A stretch of DNA of 64,000 nt from contig MCFH01000014.1 of NCBI GenBank assembly GCA_002104945.1, positions 1 to 64,000 on the forward strand, read 5' to 3'. The stretch comes from Piromyces finnis finn. Its lineage: Eukaryota > Fungi > Neocallimastigomycota. The notes under the pieces are model-generated. The model had not been told where the DNA came from. It was given only the letters and a program-made list of their open reading frames with translations, and searched no databases. The position numbers were made by a program, and so were the translations under genes. Shown here piece by piece: positions 1-11,900 of this stretch (positions within the stretch are counted from its first letter, which is position 1; every line of letters starts with the position of its first letter).

Positions 1-594
1 CGCGGTAGATATTTCCTAAGACACGGTAGATCGCCTTTAAAACACAGTAGATATTCCTTTAGACGCGGTAGATATTTCCTAAGACACGGTAGATCGCCTT
101 TAAAACACAGTAGATATTCCTTTAGACGCGGTAGATATTTCCTAAGACACGGTAGATCGCCTTTAAAACACAGTAGATATTCCTTTAGACGCGGTAGATA
201 TTTCCTAAGACACGGTAGATCGCCTTTAAAACACAGTAGATATTCCTTTAGACGCGGTAGATATTTCCTAAGACACGGTAGATCGCCTTTAAAACACAGT
301 AGATATTCCTTTAGACGCGGTAGATATTTCCTAAGACACGGTAGATCGCCTTTAAAACACAGTAGATATTCCTTTAGACGCGGTAGATATTTCCTAAGAC
401 ACGGTAGATCGCCTTTAAAACACAGTAGATATTCCTTTAGACGCGGTAGATATTTCCTAAGACACGGTAGATCGCCTTTAAAACACAGTAGATATTCCTT
501 TAGACGCGGTAGATATTTCCTAAGACACGGTAGATCGCCTTTAAAACACAGTAGATATTCTTTTAGACGAGGTAGATATTTCCTAAGACACGGT
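1..594 (-). repeat. Mirror copy of the 63-bp tandem array in the A1 leader
   Basis: Unit cgcggtagatatttcctaaga-cacggtagatcgcctttaaaa-cacagtagatattcctttaga; reverse complement of 8196-8790. Confidence 0.95.
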
Positions 595-681
595 AAGTAA
601 GAAAAAAAATATTAAATATTTTTATTAAAAAAAAAAAAATTTTATAACGTGTTTTATAAAAAAAAAAAAGGTAATTGTTAT

Positions 682-1400
682 TGTAAAAGTTTTATAAATG
701 TAAAACAGATTATAAATTTTTACAATAAAACAACAACACAAAATAAAAAAAACAAGAAAATAAATTATATTTAAAAAAATATCTCTTTTATTAATTTTAT
801 TTATTATTAACTAAATAATAGTCAATAACAATTACATCGTTTTAATCAAGAAATTTTACATGCATTTATATTTTTCGTAAATTATATTTTAATATACTAT
901 TCTATTTAATTATACATATATTCAATATAAAATAAACAAAACTAATTTAATACTAATTTAATTAAATAATAAAATAAAAAACTAAACTAAAACTAATTAA
1001 ATACACTTTTGATTCAATTTGAGTAAACTGCAAATTGAATACAGTCCATGTATTACCTATATATTAATTAAATATTAATAATACTATTTATTATATATTT
1101 ATAATTAAAAATGCTAATTTAAAACTACGCAAAGTTATTAAACTAATTTTAATTAAATAAAAACTTTTTAAGATTTAATTTGAATATTTAAAATATTTAA
1201 ATTTAATTATCCATTAATTTAAATATTTATCCAAATTTCATTTCTAACTTTGATATTTTAAAATTAATATTTATTTAATTATTCCATAAAATTTATACAA
1301 TAAATTTTATAAACAATTTTTTCATTAAAATATCAAAATTATTATTCAATATTATTAATTAATTATTAAATAATTTAAAGATATACTTTATATCTTTACA
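682..1400 (-). repeat. Mirror copy of the A1 5' LTR
   Basis: Reverse complement of 7383-8108 with several 1-nt deletions; followed by the mirrored TSD cctgc at 1401-1405. Confidence 0.9.
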
Positions 1401-3802
1401 CCTGCAAATTCGGCCACTTTGAATACCTGGTAATGCCATTCGGACTGAAAAACGCCCCGGCTGTTTTTCAGCATTTTATCAATGATGTTCTGGAAAATAT
1501 TCTAGGGATTTTTGTTTATTCATATATTGACGATTTAATTATTTTTTCTGAAAACCATAAATCCCACATTAAGCACGTTATCGAAGTCCTGGATCGCTTA
1601 AGAAATGCTGGTCTTTATGCTAAGCTTGAAAAGTGTGAATTCTTTGTTTCCTCTATTGATTTCCTTGGTCATCGGATATCCTCTGAAGGTACATATGGAC
1701 CCCAATAAAGTTTCTGCTATTATTAATTGGCCAGTTCCGTCCAGTGTCAAGGAAGTTCAATCTTTTATTGGCCTAGCCAACTACTATCGTCGGTTTATTC
1801 CTAATTTTGCCAAAGTTGCACAACCCCTTCACAGACTACTTCGTAAAAACGTTAAATTTGATTTTTCCTCTGAAGCTCTTGATGCATTTAATACCATTAA
1901 ATCATTAATTTCATCTGCTCCCATCCTGTCTCACCCAAATCGTGATCTTCCCTTTATTGTTGAAACCGACTCTAGCAACTTTGCTATAGGAGCAGTTCTG
2001 TCTCAAAAATCTCCTGATGATAAAATGATCCATCCTGTCGCTTTCTATTCAAGATCTCTTACTTCCGCTGAAAGAAACTATCCTATATACGATAAAGAAC
2101 TTTTAGCTATTGTTAATGCTCTTGAAACTTGGCGACATTTTCTCAAAGGTGCTTTAACCCCGTTTACTATTTATTCAGATCATCGAAACTTACTATATCA
2201 AAAGAACCGGAAAAATGTCACAACGTCTTGTTTCGTTGGGCCCTTTTCCTTTCCGAATTTAACTTTAAAATTCTCTAACCGCTCTGGTTCATCTAATGGT
2301 AAACCTGATGCGCTTTCACGAAGACCTGATTATATGGATTCCTCTCTTCCTTCTGATGCTCCTTTTTCGGTTTTACGCCCTGAGAATTTCTGCGCTTTGA
2401 TTTGTTCCATTTCTTCTCTTAATGATGAAATATTATCTGATATGTGAACGACTCTTTTTACATTGACATTTGCAATTTCTTGAAATAAGATCCCAGCTCC
2501 ACATCCACAAAGTAATAATTCTCCCTTAGTAATAGTTTTCTTCTTTTTGATAGTAGATCTATGTCCTTTAAATGCGTCCCTCCGTTTTGGAAACTTGTCA
2601 TGATTCCCCTCTGCCGGTCATTTGGTATCCGCAAAACTATTTCTTTGATCTTCGTGACTTTTGGTGGCCATCCATTTCTATTGATGTTAAGAATTATATC
2701 CGATCTTGCGAGATTTGTTGCCGCTCCAAGCCTTCTCGTCATAAACCATATGGTTTACTTCAACCCTTGAGATTAGTGACCATCCTTGGGCTTCTATTTC
2801 TATGGATTTCATTACTGACCTCCCTCCTTCGGATGGATTTAACACTATTCTTGTTGTAGTTGACCGCCTTACTAAAATGTGCCACCTCATTCCTTTAAAG
2901 GTATTCCTTCTGCTTCTGATACTGCTTTTGCTTTTTTGAATTATATTTTCAAAATTCACGGTCTCCCTCTGAAATTATTTCCGATAGAGGCGCGCAATTC
3001 ACTTCGAAATTTTGGAATCTATTTGTCAATCTTTGGACGTCAATGTTAAATATTCTTCACCATATCATCATCAATCCAATGGCCAAACGGAGGGTAAACT
3101 CCGTTGTTGAACAATATTTAAGATGCTTTTCTAATTATAAAGGAACAAACTGGATCAACTTTCTTCCATTGGCAGAATTCAGTTACAATAATGCTGTTCA
3201 AGACTCAACAAAATTCTCACCATTCTTCCTAAATTATGTTATCACCAAAATACTCTCCGGTAATTCCTGACCAAACGAATGTTCCAAGAGCTGAAGAGTT
3301 TACAAGAGACTTTGAAGACTAATGGAAAACTAAAAGAAAACTTAAAGAAGGCCATCCAAGTTCAAAGAAATATGCCGACAAGTATAGACAAGACTCGACA
3401 TTCAAGACTGGTGACAAATATGGTTGGATAGCTCCTTGATAATTCATAAAGGAAATAAAAAATTTAATCCTAGGAAATTGGCCGTTTAGGATAATTAGTA
3501 AAATCTCTAATCTCACTTATAAATTAGAATTACCAAAATCGCTGAAGATTTACCAATGTTCATGTTTAAACCTAGAACCGTATTATGAAGATAGTTTTGG
3601 AAGAATCAAAGATCCACCTCCACCTATAATAGTAAATGAAGAAGAAGAATACGAAGTAGAAGAATACTTGATAAAAGAAAGCATTATGGGAAGATTCATA
3701 TCTAATAAAATGGAAGGTTATCCGCTTTCAGAAGCATCTTGGGAACCTGAAAGTAATTTAAACTGCGATGAACTAATTAAAAACTTTAATAATTCACATT
3801 AG
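1401..3802 (+). pseudogene. Frameshift-ridden mirror of the B2 pol 3' half (RT-RH-IN-chromodomain)
   Basis: Same sequence as 4942-7382 (reverse complement) and 50634-53068 but broken by many single-base deletions into ORFs 1433-1708, 1605-2447, 2572-2859 etc. Confidence 0.85.
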
Positions 3803-3898
3803 TAATAGTTATTAATTTAAAAAAAAATTAGTAATTGATAAGAGAAAAGAATAGAAAATAGAAATAGAAATGAAAATATATTTATAATTTAATATTCA

Positions 3899-3937
<39 letters not shown>

Positions 3938-4034
3938 TCAAAATGTATTCACTCGTTTCAATTATCTCTTTTAATATAAAGTAACAAATAAATTTAGTTG
4001 ATTCGTCTGGTATCCGAATCCTGGAGGAGGACCA

Positions 4035-4290
4035 TGTAACGAATCATAGAAATTAGTAACCTGTCTTAGTGGTTAGTAACTAAGACCTTGGTTTGAACTA
4101 CTCCGAGTTCGAAACTTCATTAATATCTTTTTTTTAATTATTTAAAATATTTTATAACGAAATTTACCAAAGAAGATAATTTCTGATTGGCTTAAAAATT
4201 AAGTTGTAAAATTTTATAAAATTACTTTAAAAATTTATATAAATACGGTGAATTTCAAAAAATTATTTGGAATTCGAGTATTTTAAAAAA
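4035..4290 (+). repeat. Partial, error-rich mirror of the family B LTR
   Basis: PPT ggaggaggacca then tgtaacgaatcatag at 4035; degrades toward the fold-back centre. Confidence 0.8.
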
Positions 4291-4319
4291 AAAATAAAAA
4301 AATAAAATAAATATTATAA

Positions 4320-4702
4320 TAACTAATGTTATATTAAAACACTAAAAAAAAAAATAAAAAAAAAATTTTATTATTGAACACTTAACAAAATTATAACAGG
4401 TTAGTGTTTAATAATTTATTTTTATTATAAAATTTCTTTGTTAAAAAAACTCGAATTCCAAATAATTTTTTGAGAAATTTCACTCGTATTTATATAAATG
4501 TTTTTAAAAGTAAATTTATAAAAATTTTACAACTTAAATTTTTTAAGCCAATCAGAAATTATCTTCTTTGGTAAAATTTCGTTATAAAATATTTTAATAA
4601 TTAAAAAAAAGATATTAATGAGGTTTCGAACTCGAGTAGTTCAAACCAAGGTCTTAGTTACTAACCACTAAGACAGGTTACTAATTTCTATGATTCGTTA
4701 CA
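4320..4702 (-). repeat. B2 3' LTR (distal end garbled)
   Basis: Reverse complement of tgtaacgaatcatagaaattag..., preceded on the minus strand by PPT ggaggaggacca. Confidence 0.85.
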
Positions 4703-4799
4703 TGGTCCTCCTCCAGGATTCGGATACCAGACGAATCAACTAAATTTATTTGTTACTTTATTATAAAAGAGATAATTGAAACGAGTGAATACATTTTGA

Positions 4800-4839
<40 letters not shown>

Positions 4840-4941
4840 TGAATATTAAATTATAAATATATTTTTCATTTTCTATTTTCTATTTTCTATTCTCTTTTCT
4901 CTTATCAATTACTAATTTTTTTTTTAAATTAATAACTATTA

Positions 4942-7377
4942 CTAATGTGAATTATTAAAGTTTTTAATTAGTTCATCGCAGTTTAAATTACTTTCAGGTT
5001 CCCAAGATGCTTCTGAAAGCGGATAACCTTTCCATTTTATTAGATATTGAATCTTCCCATAATGCTTTCTTTTATCAAGTATTTCTTCTACTTCGTATTC
5101 TTCTTCTTCATTTACTATTATAGGTGGAGGTGGATCTTTGATTCTTCCAAAACTATCTTCATAATACGGTTCTAGGTTTGAAACATGAACAATTGGGTAA
5201 ATCTTCAGCGATTTTGGTAATTCTAATTTATAAGTGAGATTAGAGATTTTACTAATTATCCTAAACGGGCCAAGTTTCCTAGGATTAAATTTTTTATTTC
5301 CTTTATGAATTATCAAGGAGCTATCCAACCATACTTTGTCACCAGTCTTGAATGTCGGAGGTTCTTGTCTATACTTGTCGGCATATTTCTTTTGAACTTG
5401 GATGGCCTTCTTTAAGTTTTCTTTTAGTTTCTCCATTAGGTCTTCAAAGTCTCTTGTAAACTCTTCAGCTCTTGGAACATTCGTTTGGTCAGGAATTACC
5501 GGAGAGTATTTTGGGTGATAACCATAATTTAGGAAGAATGGTGAGAATTTTGTTGAGTCTTGAACAGCATTATTGTAACTGAATTCTGCCAATGGAAGAA
5601 AGTTGATCCAGTTTGTTCCTTTATAATTAGAAAAGCATCTTAAATATTGTTCAACAACGGAGTTTACCCTCTCCGTTTGGCCATTGGATTGATGATGATA
5701 TGGTGAAGAATATTTAACATTGACGTCCAAAGATTGACAAATAGATTTCCAAAATTTCGAAGTGAATTGCGCGCCTCTATCGGAAATAATTTCAGAGGGG
5801 AGACCGTGAATTTTGAAAATATAATTCAAAAAAGCAAAAGCAGTATCAGAAGCAGAAGGAATACCTTTAAAGGGAATGAGGTGGCACATTTTAGTAAGGC
5901 GGTCAACTACAACAAGAATAGTGTTAAATCCATCCGAAGGAGGGAGGTCAGTAATGAAATCCATAGAAATAGAAGCCCAAGGATGGTCACTAATCTCAAG
6001 GGGTTGAAGTAAACCATATGGTTTATGACGAGAAGGCTTGGAGCGGCAACAAATCTCGCAAGATCGGATATAATTCTTAACATCAATAGAAATGGATGGC
6101 CACCAAAAGTCACGAGAGATCAAAGAAATAGTTTTGCGGATACCAAAATGACCGGCAGAGGGGGAATCATGACAGAGTTTCAAAACGGAGGGACGGCATT
6201 TTAAAGGGACATAGATTCTACTATCAAAAAGAAGAAAACTATTACTAAGGGAGAATTTATTACTTTGTGGATGTGGAGCTGGGAGATTCTTATTTTCAAG
6301 AAAATTGCAAATGTCAATGTAAAAAGAGTCGTTCACATATTCAGATAATATTTCATCATTAAGAGAAGAAATGGAACAAATCAAAGCGCAGAAATTCTCA
6401 GGGCGTAAAACCGAAAAAGGAGCATCAGAAGGAAGAGAGGAATCCATATAATCAGGTCTTCGTGAAAGCGCATCAGGTTTACCATTAGATGAACCAGAGC
6501 GGTAGAGAATTTTAAAGTTAAATTCGGAAAGGAAAAGGGCCCAACGAACAAGACGTTGTGACATTTTTTCCGGTTTCTTTTGATATAGTAAGTTTCGATG
6601 ATCTGAATAAATAGTAAACGGGGTTAAAGCACCTTTGAGAAAATGTCGCCAAGTTTCAAGAGCATTAACAATAGCTAAAAGTTCTTTATCGTATATAGGA
6701 TAGTTTCTTTCAGCGGAAGTAAGAGATCTTGAATAGAAAGCGACAGGATGGATCATTTTATCATCAGGAGATTTTTGAGACAGAACTGCTCCTATAGCAA
6801 AGTTGCTAGAGTCGGTTTCAACAATAAAGGGAAGATCACGATTTGGGTGAGACAGGATGGGAGCAGATGAAATTAATGATTTAATGGTATTAAATGCATC
6901 AAGAGCTTCAGAGGAAAAATCAAATTTAACGTTTTTACGAAGTAGTCTGTGAAGGGGTTGTGCAACTTTGGCAAAATTAGGAATAAACCGACGATAGTAG
7001 TTGGCTAGGCCAATAAAAGATTGAACTTCCTTGACACTGGACGGAACTGGCCAATTAATAATAGCAGAAACTTTATTGGGGTCCATATGTATACCTTCAG
7101 AGGATATCCGATGACCAAGGAAATCAATAGAGGAAACAAAGAATTCACACTTTTCAAGCTTAGCATAAAGACCAGCATTTCTTAAGCGATCCAGGACTTC
7201 GATAACGTGCTTAATGTGGGATTTATGGTTTTCAGAAAAAATAATTAAATCGTCAATATATGAATAAACAAAAATCCCTAGAATATTTTCCAGAACATCA
7301 TTGATAAAATGCTGAAAAACAGCCGGGGCGTTTTTCAGTCCGAATGGCATTACCAGGTATTCAAAGTGGCCGAATTT
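4942..7377 (-). pseudogene. pol: B2 gag-pol 3' part: RT (YIDD), RNase H, integrase, group I chromodomain
   Basis: ORF 4942-7350 plus 9 codons up to the TSD. Motifs MPFGLKNAP, YIDD, HHCC zinc finger, DDE core (QTERVN), GPF, EYEVEEIL...YLIKWKGY...SWEP. Confidence 0.95.
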
Positions 7378-7382
7378 GCAGG

Positions 7383-8108
7383 TGTAAAGATATAAAGTAT
7401 ATCTTTAAATTATTTAATAATTAATTAATAATTATTGAATAATAATTTTGATATTTTAATGAAAAAATTGTTTATAAAATTTATTGTATAAATTTTATGG
7501 AATAATTAAATAAATATTAATTTTAAAATATCAAAGTTAGAAATGAAATTTGGATAAATATTTAAATTAATGGATAATTAAATTTAAATATTTTAAATAT
7601 TCAAATTAAATCTTAAAAAGTTTTTATTTAATTAAAATTAGTTTAATAACTTTAGCGTAGTTTTAAATTAGCATTTTTAATTATAAATATATAATAAATA
7701 GTATTATTAATATTTAATTAATATATAGGTAATACATGGACTGTATTCAATTTGCAGTTTACTCAAATTGAATCAAAAGTGTATTTAATTAGTTTTAGTT
7801 TAGTTTTATTATTTTATTATTTAATTAAATTAGTATTAAATTAGTTTTGTTTATTTTATATTGAATATATGTATAATTAAATAGAATAGTATATTAAAAT
7901 ATAATTTACGAAAAATATAAATGCATGTAAAATTTCTTGATTAAAACGATGTAATTGTTATTGACTATTATTTAGTTAATAACTAAATAAAATTAATAAA
8001 AGAGATATTTTTTTAAATATAATTTATTTTCTTGTTTTTTCTTTATTTTGTGTTGTTGTTTTATTGTAAAAATTTTATAATCTGTTTTACATTTATAAAA
8101 CTTTTACA
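7383..8108 (+). repeat. A1 5' LTR
   Basis: Starts tgtaaagatata, ends cttttaca; TATAAA at 7916-7921; predicted TSS near 7951. Confidence 0.95.
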
Positions 8109-8119
8109 ATAACAATTAC
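8109..8119 (+). promoter_or_regulatory. A1 self-priming PBS (ataacaattac)
   Basis: Abuts the LTR end, is not a TGG-type tRNA PBS, and is the exact reverse complement of gtaattgttat at 7951-7961, 35 nt after the TATA start. Confidence 0.85.
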
Positions 8120-8195
8120 CTTTTTTTTTTTTATAAAACACGTTATAAAATTTTTTTTTTTTTAATAAAACATATTTAATATTTTTTTTCTTACT

Positions 8196-8790
8196 TACCG
8201 TGTCTTAGGAAATATCTACCTCGTCTAAAAGAATATCTACTGTGTTTTAAAGGCGATCTACCGTGTCTTAGGAAATATCTACCGCGTCTAAAGGAATATC
8301 TACTGTGTTTTAAAGGCGATCTACCGTGTCTTAGGAAATATCTACCGCGTCTAAAGGAATATCTACTGTGTTTTAAAGGCGATCTACCGTGTCTTAGGAA
8401 ATATCTACCGCGTCTAAAGGAATATCTACTGTGTTTTAAAGGCGATCTACCGTGTCTTAGGAAATATCTACCGCGTCTAAAGGAATATCTACTGTGTTTT
8501 AAAGGCGATCTACCGTGTCTTAGGAAATATCTACCGCGTCTAAAGGAATATCTACTGTGTTTTAAAGGCGATCTACCGTGTCTTAGGAAATATCTACCGC
8601 GTCTAAAGGAATATCTACTGTGTTTTAAAGGCGATCTACCGTGTCTTAGGAAATATCTACCGCGTCTAAAGGAATATCTACTGTGTTTTAAAGGCGATCT
8701 ACCGTGTCTTAGGAAATATCTACCGCGTCTAAAGGAATATCTACTGTGTTTTAAAGGCGATCTACCGTGTCTTAGGAAATATCTACCGCG
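8196..8790 (+). repeat. 63-bp tandem array (~9.4 units, each three diverged 21-mers) in the A1 5' leader
   Basis: 21-mers taccgtgtcttaggaaatatc / taccgcgtctaaaggaatatc / tactgtgttttaaaggcgatc; units essentially identical except the first. Confidence 0.95.
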
Positions 8791-8961
8791 TTTAGATTAT
8801 TATTTTAGTATCATTCAAGCTTCCAACACTATTTGGTTACTGTATTTAATTTTGTTACTATATTTTTAAGAGCTCGTCTAACACCGTTTGATAGGATAGA
8901 GTTACGACGACATCTTAATTAAAATATTGTAAAAAATTAAATAAGTAAAATATTAAGCATA

Positions 8962-11900
8962 TTGGAGGAAATCAACCAACTCTTATCTAACCTCCACTTA
9001 AACGAAAATATGGACCGTCAAGGGGCGTCTTTGAGGATAGTTAATGATCCTCCAACCTTTTCAGGAAGAAGACAAGAACTAGATGGGTTCTTGACCAGGG
9101 TTGAACTAGCCATTGAAGCCAACCCTGATAGATTTGTTAATGATGAGGCAAGAGTTCGATTCTTAATATCTTACTTTGTTAACAGACCTTTAGAATGGGC
9201 CGCTCGTTTACGACAGAACAACGACGCCATTCTAAGAAACTATGATCAATTTATTGCTGCCCTTCGTACCAATTTCGGAGATCCCAATAATGACACAATT
9301 GTTGCAAATGGAAGACTTTGCAACATAAAACAAAGAAAGTTTGGCAAAGTGTTTGAATATATTAATGAATTTCAACGCGTTAGCCAAAACTCTAATTTCA
9401 ATGAAGCAGCGAAGATATATATGTTCACAAAGGGCCTACATCCAAAAATGCGTGAACATTTAGCAATAGTCAACCCAAATCCTACTCAGCTAGAGCGTCT
9501 CTACTCTGATGTCCTTAGCATAGAAAATCTTACTAAGAGAAATGACATCAGCGAATATTATATGACACACCAAGATAGAAGAAATTATAATCGTGACGAT
9601 CCAATGGATGTTGACCTATATTGGATTAGCAAGGGTCAACGAAACGTAAATTACTTCCCATTTCACAGAAGTAATTACGTTGAACCTTCTACTACTAGAT
9701 CGGATTTAAAGAAAAAAGGGGTTTGTTTTTCTTGTGGGAAGTCTGGACACATGCAGTTCAATTGTCCAAACAGGAAAAAGCCTAAGAGTGTTAAGATTAT
9801 TAAAAGGACTATCTCCGAAGAAGAAGCCAGTTCTTCAACCCCTTCAGTCAAAAGAATTAGACCAACCAAAGATGTTACTGAGAATGATTCAAACTTATAT
9901 AAAATACACAAAAGTGAAAAGAAGAACATCATCGATTTTTATATAAAAACAAACGATATGGAAGAAGTGAAAGTCAAAGTCCTTATTGATTCCGGCTCTG
10001 ATTTAAATTTTATTCATCCTGAATTTGCGAGAATTAATAACATTAAGCTTTACAATATCAGGAATCCATTTAAGGTTTCTGGTCTTGGTCAAGGTAATTC
10101 CACTGTTAGAAAAGAATCCGAAAAATGTATTCTCCGTTTAAGGAACCATTACGAAGTAATTCAACTGTACTCGTTAAGGATTCCCGAAGTCGATGTTATT
10201 CTTGGAGTACCTTGGATTGAGAAACATTGTCCAGTTTATTATCATGATTCCTCAAAAATTGCCTTTAGCTCAGGATACTGTGCTCGACACTGTAATGTAG
10301 GCAAAAGGAGAAATAAGGGTACAACCAATATGGATAAGAAATCGATGCCATCATCAAGAAAAGGGAAAGAAGCTGCCTTGGATAACGAAAATGAACAATC
10401 CTCTTGCATTGACCGTGGTTTTTCCGACTATGACAAATCCTTTTGTTGCGACTCCAGTGATGATGAAGAAACATTAAGTATTAGAGGCCGTAGAACCTCC
10501 GTCAAAACCATTAGTAACCTAGATAGTTTTAATAAAATTAAATTTAGTAATAGTTTAAATAATGATAATAATTGTAATTTTAAATGTATATGTAATAGCA
10601 TTAATTGTATTGATGAAAATTTAAATAAAGATAATAATTCGGTCACTGGACCAAAACAGTACTCATTTTCAAAAAACGTGTGTAATAATAATAATTCTCG
10701 TGTATTAAATTCAGTTAGTAACTGTTATGATTTATTTTGTAATATTATTAATAAATGTAAAAGTGAAAGTGATAATTTGAATAAAGATAAAAAATCTATT
10801 GAAATTCCAAAACAATATTTATTATTTAAAGAGGTTTTTAATGAAAAGAATTGTAATATTTTACCTCCACATCGTGAATACGATTGTGAAATCCGATTAA
10901 AGGATAATGCTAACTTGTTTTATGGTCCTCTTTATCCTTTAACTGAGGCAGAGAGAGATGAATTAAAAAATTATATCAATGAAAATTTAGAAAAAGGTTT
11001 CATTAGGAAATCTTCATCTCCTGCCGGAGCACCAGTTTTATTTGTCAAAAAGAAAGATGGGTCATTAAGACTTTGCGTTGATTATAGGAAACTTAATGAC
11101 ATGACAATTAGAAATTCATATCCTCTTCCGTTAATTGGTGACTTATTGGATAGAGTGAAAGGTGCAAAATACTTTACTAAGTTGGACTTAAAGTCTGCTT
11201 ATAATTTAGTTAGAATCAAAGAGGGTGATGAATACAAAACTGCCTTTAGAACAAGATATGGGCATTTTGAATATCTTGTCATGCCTTTTGGTTTAAAGAA
11301 TGCACCAGCTACGTTTCAACATTTCATAAATGATGTCCTTAGTGATTATTTAGATGATTTTGCTATATCATATATTGATGATATTCTAATATATTCAAAT
11401 AGCCTAGAAGAACATCATGAACATGTTAAAAAAGTATTGAAAAAATTATTAGAAAATAATTTATATGTTAAGTTAGAGAAGTGTGAGTTTGATGTTTCAG
11501 AAACCACTTTCCTTGGTTATGTATTATCCAAAGATGGTCTGAAAATGGATAGAGATAAAGTTAAAGCTATCCTCGACTGGCCTGTTCCTACAAACGTTAA
11601 AGAAGTTCAATCCTTTATTGGATTATGTAATTATTATAGAATTTTTATTAAAGACTTTGCGAAAATTGCTAGTCCTCTACACAAACTTACTAGGAAAAAT
11701 GTTCCTTTTAATTGGGTTTCTGAGTGTCAAAATGCATTTGTTACACTTAAAAAGGCTTTTACTTCAGCTCCTATCTTAATGAACCCTGATAGCAACAAAC
11801 CTTTTATTGTTGAGACTGACGCTAGTAACTTTGCTGTCGGTGCAATTCTTTCACAAGAATTTGAAGGGCAATTGCACCCTATTGCTTTTATTTCATCTAG

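Larger units (their letters stand above)
1..8782. repeat. ~8.8 kb inverted duplication (fold-back); left arm 1-~4300 mirrors ~4370-8782; probably an assembly artefact
   Basis: Position 1400 mirrors 7383 and 4035 mirrors 4702. The left arm is the reverse complement of the right arm but about 46 nt shorter between these anchors, through scattered 1-nt deletions. The centre (~4290-4370) is garbled A-rich sequence. Confidence 0.9.

Noticed and set aside
1433-3516. Short ORFs in the left arm as separate genes
   Set aside because: They are frameshift fragments or antisense shadows of the mirrored B pol.
8196-8790. 63-bp array as a CRISPR array
   Set aside because: No unique spacers, units are identical head to tail, it lies inside a retrotransposon leader, and no cas genes are present.
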